Source: Flavobacteriales bacterium (GTDB lineage Bacteria > Bacteroidota > Bacteroidia > Flavobacteriales_F > PHOS-HE28). Taken from it: a stretch of 64,000 nucleotides of DNA. This document shows positions 11,773 to 21,097 of this stretch, in pieces. Each line of letters starts with the position of its first letter. Position 1 is the first letter of the stretch. The notes beneath the pieces are model-generated. The model saw only the letters and a list, made by a program, of their open reading frames with translations. It had not been told where the DNA came from and made no database searches. The translations under genes and the position numbers were made by a program. Where the stretch lies: the NCBI GenBank assembly GCA_044346705.1, contig JBIIYP010000012.1, positions 20,117 to 84,116 of the forward strand. The letters are read 5' to 3'.

Positions 11773-11937
11773 AATGTGGAAATGTGGGAATGAGGACATG
11801 TGAACTTGACCTCGGTGGCTCCGGTCGTAGGATCGATGTTCGGTCAGCGTTCGTGAATGGCCGTGTTCCTTCGTTCATCCCCTCATTCCCTCAGTTCTCC
11901 CTTTCCCCCTTTTCATATTCTCCCATTTGCACATTCG
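11773..11937. repeat. Inverted arrays of degenerate 8-mers (AATGTGGA-like) flanking a ~70-nt spacer
   Basis: Left arm: aaatgtgg aaatgtgg gaatgagg acatgtga. Right arm: ctcattcc ctcagttc tccctttc cccctttt catattct cccatttg cacattcg, the reverse-complement type with 8-nt period. Confidence 0.7.
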
Positions 11938-11947
11938 CGATAGCGCC

Positions 11948-13294
11948 ATGAAGAACATCACCATCGTCGGCGGCGGGCTGGTCGGCAGCTTGCTCTCCGT
12001 GTTCCTCGCCAAGCGTGGGCATACGGTGAACCTCTTCGAGCGACGCGCGGATCCCCGCAAGGCGAACCTGTATGCAGGTCGAAGCATCAACCTGGTGGTA
12101 AGTCATCGCGGCTGGACGGCGTTGAAGGCCGCGGGTGTCCAGGAGGCCGTGGAGCGCATCGTGGTGCCGGTGTACGCGCGCATGACCCATGACCGTGACG
12201 GCCAGACCACACGATTGCCCTACAGCATCGACGGACGCGCGATCCACAGCGTGAGCCGTGGCGAGTTGAACCGGGTGATGCTCACGGAGGCGGAGAAGTT
12301 CCCCAACGTGAAGCTCCACTTCAACCACCGATGTGCAGGCGTCCATCTGGATACCGGTACCTGCACCTTCGTCGATGAACAGACCGGCCAGGCCAGCGCC
12401 GTCCCGGCCGATGTGGTCTTCGGCAGCGATGGTGCGCCCAGCGCCGTGCGCCAGGAGATGATGAAGGGCCGCTTCAACTTCAGCCAGAGCTTCATCGAAC
12501 ACGACTACAAGGAGATCGCCTTCCCCAGCAACGCGGACGGCACGCCGAAGATGGACCCGCAGTGCCTGCACATTTGGGCGCGACGCTACTTCATGATGAT
12601 GGGGCTCGCCAACCAGGACGGTGGCTTCACCGGCACGCTCTTCATGCCACATGACGGCGAGTTCTCCTTCAGTAGCATCAAGGATGAGAAGGACCTGATG
12701 CGCTTCTTCGAGGCGCACTTCGCGGACGCCATCCCCATGCTGCCCGATCTCGCCGAGCAGTACTTCCGCAACCCCCAGAGCAACCTCGCCATCATCCGCT
12801 GCGGCCCTTGGACGCACAAGGACAAGGTGGCGCTGATCGGTGATGCGGCCCACGCCATCGTGCCCTTCTATGGCGAAGGCATGAACGCGGGCTATGAGGA
12901 TTGCAAGGTGCTGAACGACCTGCTGAACGAGCACGGCGACGACAATTGGGGCACCGTGCTCGACGCCTACGGCAAGGCCCGCAAGCCCAACGGCGATGCC
13001 ATCGCCGACCTCAGCCTCCGCAACTTCGTGGAGATGCGCGACCTGGTGGCCGACCCGCAATTCATCCTGCGCAAGAAGATCGAAGGACGCCTGCAGGCCA
13101 AGCACCCGGACAAGTGGCTGCCGCTCTACAGCCAGGTGAAGTTCAGCGACATCGGCTACAAGACCGCGTGGGACGAAGGCCTGCGCCACGACCGTATCAT
13201 GGAACAGGTGCTGGCGCTCCCGAACATCGAGGATCAGTGGGAGAGTGAGGCGGTGGAGAGGAAAGCGTTGGAGTTGCTGACGACCATGGCCTGA
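11948..13294 (+). CDS. kmo: Kynurenine 3-monooxygenase (FAD-dependent)
   Basis: Start at ATG 11948; GGGLVG Rossmann motif, GRSINLVVSHRG, DGAPSAVR, LHIWAR, LIGDAAHAIVPFYGEGMNAGYED; adjacent to kynU. Confidence 0.93.
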   Translation: MKNITIVGGGLVGSLLSVFLAKRGHTVNLFERRADPRKANLYAGRSINLVVSHRGWTALKAAGVQEAVERIVVPVYARMTHDRDGQTTRLPYSIDGRAIHSVSRGELNRVMLTEAEKFPNVKLHFNHRCAGVHLDTGTCTFVDEQTGQASAVPADVVFGSDGAPSAVRQEMMKGRFNFSQSFIEHDYKEIAFPSNADGTPKMDPQCLHIWARRYFMMMGLANQDGGFTGTLFMPHDGEFSFSSIKDEKDLMRFFEAHFADAIPMLPDLAEQYFRNPQSNLAIIRCGPWTHKDKVALIGDAAHAIVPFYGEGMNAGYEDCKVLNDLLNEHGDDNWGTVLDAYGKARKPNGDAIADLSLRNFVEMRDLVADPQFILRKKIEGRLQAKHPDKWLPLYSQVKFSDIGYKTAWDEGLRHDRIMEQVLALPNIEDQWESEAVERKALELLTTMA

Positions 13295-13297
13295 CCC

Positions 13298-13831
13298 TCA
13301 GCGGTCGAGGAACCGGTACTCGGTGAATACCGGCCTGCCTTCGCGCAGCAGCTGATCGGGTGATACGAACTGGACCGTGATATTCCTGACCGTTGTGTGC
13401 GATGAGCGCTCATGCTCGCCACGGAGCAGCGCCTCAAGGTCGCTGCGGTGAAGGCCATGGCGCAGGTCTCCAAGGCGCTCGGTCACACGTTGCTTGAATG
13501 ATGCATGATCAGCGGCATCGCTGACATGGAACGCCGCGTTGTAGAGCAGGTCGCACGGCTTGTGGTAGCGCATGAACTCGGCCATCACCTTGGGATGGTC
13601 GGTCATGAAACGTTCCAGTTCGATCCGGTCCCGCTCACCGATGGGGTCGATCAGTGAGATGTGGAAGCTCGACCGGTCGAAGGCGCGCTTGAAGCGGTCG
13701 TTCAGCAGCCGTTTGCAGAACACGATGCGGCCGTCGCTTTCGGTCCCATGGTCCAGCTGGTGGTCGATGCGCTCGATCTGCCAGATGCCGGGATCCATGG
13801 TCCTTACCCAATGCCCTGGCTCAAGTTCCAT
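13298..13831 (-). CDS. Hypothetical 177-aa cytoplasmic protein (orphan)
   Basis: Fills the gap convergent with kmo and has a globular-looking composition; no family recognised. Confidence 0.6.
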   Translation of the reverse strand: MELEPGHWVRTMDPGIWQIERIDHQLDHGTESDGRIVFCKRLLNDRFKRAFDRSSFHISLIDPIGERDRIELERFMTDHPKVMAEFMRYHKPCDLLYNAAFHVSDAADHASFKQRVTERLGDLRHGLHRSDLEALLRGEHERSSHTTVRNITVQFVSPDQLLREGRPVFTEYRFLDR

Positions 13832-13950
13832 GAAGGTTCATAATGCGTTTCGCACCGAAATATATGCTCGTCCATGGCCTCACCGGATGTGTGGCTTTCC
13901 AACCTCAATACCCCACCACGTTCGGCTGGCTGAACGCGATGTCTCTTTTC

Positions 13951-13980
13951 CCTCAGGGTCTCACGGAGTGGACCCTGAGG
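13951..13980. other. Intergenic hairpin CCTCAGGGTC-N10-GACCCTGAGG
   Basis: Perfect 10-bp inverted repeat, with extra CAC/GTG pairing in the loop, in the divergent gap between the orphan ORF and 14088. Confidence 0.6.
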
Positions 13981-14087
13981 TTGCCAGATCCGCTTCACAG
14001 GAATCCCTGATGCCCACACGCTCCCGTTGATACGTTCGGGCTTCGGGTGGCGTTGAGGACCTGATGGCGGAACCAACTTGCAGGGCG

Positions 14088-14933
14088 ATGCAACGAAGCC
14101 TGCTGATCGTCCTGTTGTTCGTGTCCGGGCTGTCCGCCATGGGCCAGAGCCTTTATGACCGCAAGCGCAAGGACATCATCCCGTTGGAGGGCCAGGCCAA
14201 GCGCATCGGGTGGTTCGTGGCGCCGGGGCTCACCTACACACTGCCCCGTTTCAAGAACGAAGAGGAGGAAGTGTTCCGGAGCGCGGATACGGTGTACACC
14301 ACCACCTACGACCCCGATGGCCGTCTTGGCTTTTACCTCGAAGGCGGGCTCACCTGGTACACGCGTGATCCAGTGGTCGTGGATTATTTCGATGTGGGGC
14401 TGGCCTACAAGAACCTGCGGGGGAGCGAGTCCTACGCGGGAAACCTGATGCGCGGCGACAGTGTCTCCACCATGACCGGGGAAGGCACCTTCGCAGAGCG
14501 CGTGCTCACCTTCAATGCCAACGCCAACAAGTTCATCCCCACGTTCGACTACCAGTTCGTGCAACTGAGCCTTGGCGCCAACGTGGACTATCGCCTGGGC
14601 AGTGACTACGAGCACACCGGCGACTCCCTGCTGAACGGCCACACCTTCCCGCCGGACCTATGGGCTCAAGTGCATTTCAAGCTGGGCTACGGATTCAAGC
14701 TCACCGGGAACCTGATCCTGATACCGGCGATCGAGACACCGGTGTTCAGCATGGTGCCGCAGGACGAGGGCTTGGGGCAGGTGCAGTGGTTCAGTAGCCG
14801 CTACCGCCCGCTGATCTTCAGTGTGCGCTTCCTGTTCCTGCGGGCCCGTGAAGGTTTCGACTGCCCGCCGCCGATCAAGCACAACGGGTTCGAGAAGAGC
14901 CGGACCGTGAAGCCGACGCTTCCGGGACAATAG
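14088..14933 (+). CDS. Hypothetical outer-membrane beta-barrel-like protein
   Basis: Signal peptide MQRSLLIVLLFVSGLSAMG; alternating aromatic/hydrophobic strands (GFYLEGGLTWY, VHFKLGYGF, LIFSVRFLF). Confidence 0.7.
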   Translation: MQRSLLIVLLFVSGLSAMGQSLYDRKRKDIIPLEGQAKRIGWFVAPGLTYTLPRFKNEEEEVFRSADTVYTTTYDPDGRLGFYLEGGLTWYTRDPVVVDYFDVGLAYKNLRGSESYAGNLMRGDSVSTMTGEGTFAERVLTFNANANKFIPTFDYQFVQLSLGANVDYRLGSDYEHTGDSLLNGHTFPPDLWAQVHFKLGYGFKLTGNLILIPAIETPVFSMVPQDEGLGQVQWFSSRYRPLIFSVRFLFLRAREGFDCPPPIKHNGFEKSRTVKPTLPGQ

Positions 14934-14946
14934 GCCCGCGTGCCGA

Positions 14947-15597
14947 TCAAGTCTGCTGCAGTGCCTTCAGGAACGGATTCCCTTTCCGTTCGGCACCGAT
15001 GGTGGTGGACGGTCCATGACCGCAGTGGACCACCACATCATCCCCCAACGGCAGCAGCTTGGTGGCGATGCTCGTCAACAAGGTCTCAAGGTCGCCTCCG
15101 GGCAGGTCCGTGCGCCCGATGCTCCGCTGGAACAGCACATCGCCGAGGATCACGAAGCGCTGCTCCGTGTTGTACAGAGCGATGTGCCCGGGAGCGTGGC
15201 CAGGCACGAAGAGCACCTCCATTCCTGCATTCCCAAGCAGGACCTTGTCGCCTTCCGCCAGGAAGCCTTCGGGTTCCGGAGAGGGGTCGCAATGCACGCC
15301 GTACATCCGGCCCTGGGCCGGGGCTCCGTGAAGCAGGTCCAGGTCCGCCCGGTGCATCCACGGCTTCAGGCCGTAGCGCTGTTCCACCCACGCGCAGCCG
15401 AACACATGGTCGATGTGGGCGTGGGTGAGCACAAGTCGGACCGGCTTCAGCCCGTTCTCCGTCAGATAGGTCTCCAGTTCATGCTCCTCCCCGCCGTTCC
15501 AACATCCGGGATCCACCAGAATGGCCTCGCGACCATCGTGCACCACGTAGGTGTTCTCCTGAAAGGGGTTGAAGGTGAAGGAGGCGATGTGCAGCAC
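14947..15597 (-). CDS. MBL-fold metallo-hydrolase (glyoxalase II/YcbL-like)
   Basis: THAHIDH (HxHxDH), PGHAPGH, GDVLF..SIGRTDLPGGD, GHGPSTTIGAE. Confidence 0.92.
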   Translation of the reverse strand: MLHIASFTFNPFQENTYVVHDGREAILVDPGCWNGGEEHELETYLTENGLKPVRLVLTHAHIDHVFGCAWVEQRYGLKPWMHRADLDLLHGAPAQGRMYGVHCDPSPEPEGFLAEGDKVLLGNAGMEVLFVPGHAPGHIALYNTEQRFVILGDVLFQRSIGRTDLPGGDLETLLTSIATKLLPLGDDVVVHCGHGPSTTIGAERKGNPFLKALQQT

Positions 15598-15645
15598 GAG
15601 CGGAAAAGCCTGAAATTCGCGGAGCGGAAGCCAACAGATCGGCTT

Positions 15646-15653
15646 CGAAAGTA
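15646..15653 (-). promoter_or_regulatory. -7 element variant TACTTTCG for the MBL hydrolase gene
   Basis: Lies in the short divergent intergenic region. Confidence 0.5.
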
Positions 15654-15668
15654 GTTAACTTCCCTACG

Positions 15669-18600
15669 GTGTTCTCCTGGTCGAAGCTCCCCTTCAAGCG
15701 CCTGATGCCCACGCTGGTCCTGCTGGCATTGGTCACCGGTGCGCGTGGGCAGTTCTACAACGGCTCGTTCCAGGAGTACGGAAAGAACCGGGTCCAGTAC
15801 CAGGATTTCCTCTGGCAGTACTACCGGTTCGACCAACTGGAGACGTATTTCTACAAGGGTGGCCGGGATGTGGCCCGCTACGTGGCCTACAGCGCTCACG
15901 CGAACAAGAAGGACCTCGAGTCCTTTTTCGATCACACCATCGACGAGCGCCTGCAGTTCGTGGTGTACAACTCCCTCACCGACTTCCGGCAGAGCAACAT
16001 CGGCATCACTACCGACGAGACCTACAACATTGGCGGGGTCACCCGGATCGTGGGTACGAAGATCTTCGTGTACAACGAGGGTGACCATGCTTCGCTCGAT
16101 CGGCAGGTGCGATCCGGCATCGCGCAAGTGATGCTGGACCGCATGATGTACGGCGGTAATTGGCGCGAGGTGCTGCGGAACAGCGCCCTGCTGAACCTGC
16201 CGGAATGGTACACCAAGGGCGTCATCGCACATGCCACCGGACCCTGGGACCCCATTGCTGCGAGCCGCATCCGCGATGGCATTTTGAACGGGCGTTTCGA
16301 CAAGTTGAACCGCTTGACCGGCGAGGATGCCACCCTGGCGGGACAGGCCCTGTGGGCCTACGTGGCCGAGGTGTACGGCCCCAGTGTGATCCCCAACATC
16401 CTGTACATGACGCGGGTGAGCCGCAATCCCGAGGGGGGCTTCCTGTATGTTCTGGGTGTGGGCCTCAAGTCCCTCCAACAGGAGTCCAATGCCTACTACC
16501 GCGAGCGCTACGCCCAGGAGGACCGTGCCCGGGATGAGGCCATCCTGGAGAGCATCCCGGTGAAGACCCGGAAGACCCGCACCTACAGCCAGTTCAAGTT
16601 GAGCCCCGATGGACGGCATGCGGCGTGGGTGAGCAATGAGATGGGTCAGTACAAGCTCTGGCTCTACGATCGCACCGAAGACAAGTTGCGGCGCATCCTG
16701 AAAGGGGAGAAGAAGCTTAACCGCATCGTGGACCGCAGTTTTCCCGTGCTCGCCTGGCACCCCACGGGCCGGGCGCTCACCTACGCGGTGGAACGACGTG
16801 GCGAGCTCTTCCTGGAGACCTACACGATCGACGACCGGAAGACCGTTTCGAAGCCCGTGTTCCTGCTGGAGAAGATCCTGAGCATGGCGTACAGCGCCGA
16901 CGGCCAACGCATGGTGTTCAGTGCGGTGCGGGAGGGTCATACCGACCTGTACCTGTACTATGCCATCGGCAACCGGCAGGAGCAGCTCACCGATGACCTG
17001 TACGACGACCTGGAACCCCGTTTCGTGGATGGCGATGAGGGGGTGATCTTCAGCAGTGACCGCACGGATGACACGCTTCGTGTGGTGAAGGACGTGACCT
17101 ATTACCGGGCCACGCGGGACATTTTCGTCCTCGATCTGCTGAACCGCGCACCGGTGCTGAAGCGGTTGAGCGGAACACCGGCCTACAACGAGACCCAGCC
17201 TGCGCAGTACGACAGCGCGAGCTACACCTTCCTCAGTGACCAGGGGGGGCTTCAGAACCGCTGGCTGGTGACCTATGACAGTACCATCTCCGGCATTGAC
17301 ACCACGGTGCATTACCGCTATTTCACCCGACAGAACAGGATCACGGACCTGAAGCGGAGCATCCTGGAACAGGAGGTGAACGCCCGTCGGAACACCTACA
17401 GCCAGTTGATGTACCAGGACGGCAAGTACCGCTTCCTGTTCGGTTCCACGACCGGTGCGCGGACGGCCCAGGGTCAGGATCCCCCGTTCCCCGGCCCTGA
17501 CCAACGCGAGGACCGGACCGGCGGTGCGATCGCCGACGACATGAGCCCGGTGGTGAAGGTGGATCCGCAGTTCCCGGCGGACACCACCTCCAATGGCGTG
17601 GATGTGCGTGACTACCGTTTCGCGGACGAACGTGCCAACACGCAGCCGGGCAATGTGGCCATCACCGCCCCCCCAGGGCCCCCCGCGACCGTTCAGGGAC
17701 AGGACAGCATCCCGCTCGCGGTCCGGGGTGTAGCGCTCCAGTTCCCGGATCAACGGAACTACAATGTGAACTTCGCCACCGATGAGGTGCTCACCCAGTT
17801 GGGCAACACCTATAACGCACAGTTCTACCAACCCCTGGCCGGTCCGGGGGCCATCAACCCCGGACTGAGCGGCATGATCAGCATGGGCGCCAGCGACCTG
17901 TTCGAGGATTACAAGGTCGTGGGCGGCTTCCGTCTTGCGCTCGACCTCAACAACAACGACTATATGCTCCGCTTCACGAACCTGAAGCGCCGCATGGACA
18001 AGGACATCATCTTCCAGCGCCAGAGCCTTCAGGATTTCAGCGGGCAGGCGTTGCTCAAGCTGCAGACCCACCAGGTCACCGGCCGCCTTTCCTGGCCGTT
18101 GAGCGAACTGGCCAGCGTGCGCGGGTCGCTGATGTACCGCAACGACCGCTATGTGGTCCAGAGCACCGATGGGGTCACCCTGCGCGCGCCCAACTTCAGC
18201 GATCACATGGCCGGAACCCGGCTGGAGTACGTCTATGACAGCTCGATCCCACGGGGGTTGAACCTCTGGACCGGATGGAAGCTGAAGTTCTTCGGAGAGT
18301 ATTACATCCAGCCTGACGAGCGTGAAACCGATATGCAGGTGGTGGGCCTTGACCTGCGGCATTCGATGAGCATCCACCGGGAGATCATCTGGGTGACCCG
18401 CCTGGCCGGGAGCTCCTCCTTCGGCAGCAGAAAGGTCCTGTTCTTCATGGGTGGGGTGGACAATTGGTTCTTCCCCAAGATCGATGGTTCCGTGCCCATC
18501 GACTTCTCACAGAACTACACCTATCAGGCGTCCGGTGTGCCCTTGCGCGGCTTCTACTACAACGCCCGGAACGGAAGCAGCTTCGCCCTCGTGAACACTG

Positions 18601-18935
18601 AAGTGCGTGTGCCCTTGTTCCGCTACCTGCTCAACAAGCCGATCCGCAGCGACCTGATCCAGAACTTCCAGATCGTGGGCTTCGCGGACCTGGGCACGGC
18701 CTGGACGGGGACCGATCCGTACAGCCCGGACAACACCTTCAATCAACAGGTGATCGACCGCAATCCGCTCACCATCACCATCCTCAACCAGCGCGAACCC
18801 ATCCTGGGCAGTTATGGCTTCGGGTTGCACACGCGGATCCTCGGCTACTTCATGCGCGGTGACTGGGCGTGGGGCGTGGACGACGGGGTGATCCAGAAGA
18901 GCATCTTCCATTTCTCCCTGGGCCTCGACATCTGA
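15669..18935 (+). CDS. Outer-membrane protein with a peptidase-MA-like N-domain, a PD40/TolB beta-propeller and a C-terminal Omp85/BamA-like barrel
   Basis: Signal peptide (start GTG 15669 or ATG 15705); LSPDG, AWHPTG, YSADG PD40-like repeats; C-terminal LRGF..NAR.G..FAL.N.E.R.P and GSYGFGLHT...FHFSLG. Confidence 0.8.
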   Translation: MFSWSKLPFKRLMPTLVLLALVTGARGQFYNGSFQEYGKNRVQYQDFLWQYYRFDQLETYFYKGGRDVARYVAYSAHANKKDLESFFDHTIDERLQFVVYNSLTDFRQSNIGITTDETYNIGGVTRIVGTKIFVYNEGDHASLDRQVRSGIAQVMLDRMMYGGNWREVLRNSALLNLPEWYTKGVIAHATGPWDPIAASRIRDGILNGRFDKLNRLTGEDATLAGQALWAYVAEVYGPSVIPNILYMTRVSRNPEGGFLYVLGVGLKSLQQESNAYYRERYAQEDRARDEAILESIPVKTRKTRTYSQFKLSPDGRHAAWVSNEMGQYKLWLYDRTEDKLRRILKGEKKLNRIVDRSFPVLAWHPTGRALTYAVERRGELFLETYTIDDRKTVSKPVFLLEKILSMAYSADGQRMVFSAVREGHTDLYLYYAIGNRQEQLTDDLYDDLEPRFVDGDEGVIFSSDRTDDTLRVVKDVTYYRATRDIFVLDLLNRAPVLKRLSGTPAYNETQPAQYDSASYTFLSDQGGLQNRWLVTYDSTISGIDTTVHYRYFTRQNRITDLKRSILEQEVNARRNTYSQLMYQDGKYRFLFGSTTGARTAQGQDPPFPGPDQREDRTGGAIADDMSPVVKVDPQFPADTTSNGVDVRDYRFADERANTQPGNVAITAPPGPPATVQGQDSIPLAVRGVALQFPDQRNYNVNFATDEVLTQLGNTYNAQFYQPLAGPGAINPGLSGMISMGASDLFEDYKVVGGFRLALDLNNNDYMLRFTNLKRRMDKDIIFQRQSLQDFSGQALLKLQTHQVTGRLSWPLSELASVRGSLMYRNDRYVVQSTDGVTLRAPNFSDHMAGTRLEYVYDSSIPRGLNLWTGWKLKFFGEYYIQPDERETDMQVVGLDLRHSMSIHREIIWVTRLAGSSSFGSRKVLFFMGGVDNWFFPKIDGSVPIDFSQNYTYQASGVPLRGFYYNARNGSSFALVNTEVRVPLFRYLLNKPIRSDLIQNFQIVGFADLGTAWTGTDPYSPDNTFNQQVIDRNPLTITILNQREPILGSYGFGLHTRILGYFMRGDWAWGVDDGVIQKSIFHFSLGLDI

Positions 18936-18941
18936 TCCGCC

Positions 18942-19310
18942 ATGCCTGTCGCAACCGTCCTCCTGCTCCTGCTCATCGGTCTTGCTGCCGGTTTGCTGAG
19001 CGGCTTCGTGGGGATCGGAGGTGGCATTGTGATGGTGCCCGCGCTCGTCTGGCTGCTCGGGTACGAACAGCATCAGGCACAAGGCACAAGCCTTGCCGTG
19101 CTCGTATTGCCGGTGGTGTTCCTGGCCGCGTGGAACTACCACAAGGTCCATCCGCTCGACCTCAAGGCCGTCGCCATCATCGCAGGGGCCTTTGTGCTGG
19201 GCGGCTTCATGGGCAGCAAGGTGGCGCTCGCGCTTCCAGCGGACATTGTGAAGAAGGTCTTCGGTGTGTTCATGATCGTGGCCGCCCTCAAGCTCATCTT
19301 CGGCAAGTGA
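18942..19310 (+). CDS. Half-size sulfite exporter TauE/SafE family protein
   Basis: GLLSGFVGIGGGIVMVP, QHQAQGTSLAVL; 4 TM helices in 122 aa. Confidence 0.85.
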   Translation: MPVATVLLLLLIGLAAGLLSGFVGIGGGIVMVPALVWLLGYEQHQAQGTSLAVLVLPVVFLAAWNYHKVHPLDLKAVAIIAGAFVLGGFMGSKVALALPADIVKKVFGVFMIVAALKLIFGK

Positions 19311-20515
19311 TCGACACGATCAAGGGCCAGCTGGCCGCCCTGCGGGAGCAACTCGTACAGTGGCGCCGGCATTTGCACGCGCATCCGGAGCTGTCGTTCC
19401 AGGAGACCGGCACGGTGCGCTATGTGGTGGAGCAATTGCGCGCTGAAGGCATCGAAGTGCGCGATGGCGTGGGCCGCTTGACACCGGACTCCGCAGGCAC
19501 CGGTGCGATCGCCCTGGTGCGCGGCACACGTGGGCCGAGCGACCGCTGCTTCGCGTTGCGCGCGGACCTCGACGCACTGCCGATCTTGGAGGAGGGCAAG
19601 CCGGCGTACTGCTCCACGGTGCCGGGTGTGATGCACGCCTGCGGGCACGATGCGCACACGGCCATGGTGCTTGGCGCCGGGGTCGCGTTGCATCGCCTGC
19701 GCGAGCACTGGTCGGGCACCGTGATGCTCGTATTCCAGCCGGGGGAGGAGAAGGAACCCGGCGGCGCATCGTTGCTGGTGAAGGAAGGCGTGTTCAACGA
19801 CCCGAAGCCTGCAGGGATCCTGGGGCAGCATGTGACGCCGGAGCTGGCCCTCGGCAAGCTGGGCTTCCGAAGCGGCCCCTTCATGGCCGCCGCGGACGAG
19901 CTCTACCTCACGGTGAAGGGCAGGGGCGGGCATGCCTCGGTGCGCGACCGTCTGGTCGACCCCATCCTCATCGCGGCCCGGCTGCTGCCTGCGCTCTATG
20001 CCGAGGCGCGCTCCGCGGTGCCCGAGGGTGAGCCCATGGTGATGAGCTTCGGTAAGTTCATCGCCAACGGTGCCACCAACATCGTTCCGGACATGGCCGT
20101 CCTGGATGGCACCCTGCGCACCTTCAACGAGGAACTGCGTGCCCGCCTGCACGAACTGCTCCCGCATGTGAGCGCGGCGATCGCCAAGGAGATGGGCGGC
20201 GAGGCGGAGCTCCGCATCGTGAAGGGTTCGCCCGTGGTGAAGAACGACCCGGAGCTCACCGCACGGATGCGGGCCGTGGCTGTGGACCTGGTGGGCGCTG
20301 AGAACGTGCTGGACATGGACATCCGCATGGGCGCGGAGGACTTCGCCTACTATACGCACGTGATGCCCGGCTGCTTCTTCCGCCTGGGCACCGGGAACCC
20401 CGCGATACCGGGCACGCAGAGCGGCCTGCACACGGCGGCTTTTGACATCGATGAGGATGCGATGGACATCGGGGCCGCGATGATGATCTTGGGGGCGCTG
20501 GCGGAATTGCAATGA
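19307..20515 (+). CDS. M20 family amidohydrolase (Acy1/IAA-amino-acid hydrolase-like)
   Basis: True start is GTG 19307, overlapping the TauE stop; RRHLHAHPELSFQE, LRADLDALP, MHACGHDAH, FQPGEE, MGAEDF. Confidence 0.92.
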   Translation: MIDTIKGQLAALREQLVQWRRHLHAHPELSFQETGTVRYVVEQLRAEGIEVRDGVGRLTPDSAGTGAIALVRGTRGPSDRCFALRADLDALPILEEGKPAYCSTVPGVMHACGHDAHTAMVLGAGVALHRLREHWSGTVMLVFQPGEEKEPGGASLLVKEGVFNDPKPAGILGQHVTPELALGKLGFRSGPFMAAADELYLTVKGRGGHASVRDRLVDPILIAARLLPALYAEARSAVPEGEPMVMSFGKFIANGATNIVPDMAVLDGTLRTFNEELRARLHELLPHVSAAIAKEMGGEAELRIVKGSPVVKNDPELTARMRAVAVDLVGAENVLDMDIRMGAEDFAYYTHVMPGCFFRLGTGNPAIPGTQSGLHTAAFDIDEDAMDIGAAMMILGALAELQ

Positions 20516-20538
20516 GGGTAAACGTTGTTGGCACGGCA

Positions 20539-21066
20539 ATGAATTACATGCCCGCGCTTTTCATTGCCTTGTTGGTGGGATGTGGCGCACCACCCGCGCC
20601 CGCAGAACTAGAGCTGGAGATTGCGGATACATGTGGGTCATGGCCTACCCCGGAACTGGAGGCGCGCATTGCCGAGTTGGATGCCGACACCACCGTAACC
20701 GAAACGACCCTGAGCCTTTACAATGTGCGCCATCACCTGCGCATCACCGGCGTGGGCAGCGGCGCATCGAACTTCGACCGTGCGTACCGGATCCAGTTGT
20801 CGAACGCGGATGGTATCGTGGTGGATACACTACTGACCAAGATCTCCTTCGCGGACAGCCTGGACGCCGACTTCACAGCCAGAGCCGGACTGTACGCGCT
20901 GAACTTCGACTTCGTACGGTCTCAAAGTCTCTACTTCAACGCCTTCGTCGGTGTGGATGAAACGGACTACATACAGCCCATCGGTTTTTTCCTCACTTAC
21001 ACTGGCGAGCGCAAAGGCCGCATGCTTTATTGGCTTGTGCCGGAGGATGAGCTCGGTTCGGAGTGA
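20539..21066 (+). CDS. Hypothetical lipoprotein (DUF4738-like)
   Basis: Lipobox LLVGC after a hydrophobic stretch; DTLLTKISF..SLD.DF...A.LY...FD resembles Bacteroidota DUF4738 lipoproteins (recognised by eye); lower GC. Confidence 0.6.
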   Translation: MNYMPALFIALLVGCGAPPAPAELELEIADTCGSWPTPELEARIAELDADTTVTETTLSLYNVRHHLRITGVGSGASNFDRAYRIQLSNADGIVVDTLLTKISFADSLDADFTARAGLYALNFDFVRSQSLYFNAFVGVDETDYIQPIGFFLTYTGERKGRMLYWLVPEDELGSE

Positions 21067-21097
21067 GCAGCAACACGAACGGTCCCGCCTCTCCGCT

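Noticed and set aside
10435-11799. 455-codon N-terminal extension of the hemL ORF, antisense to all of kynU
   Set aside because: A shadow frame of a GC-rich gene; HemL homology starts at ATG 10434 and kynU occupies the opposite strand.
11773-11937. CRISPR interpretation of the short repeats
   Set aside because: The units are degenerate 8-mers without unique spacers, and no cas genes are present.
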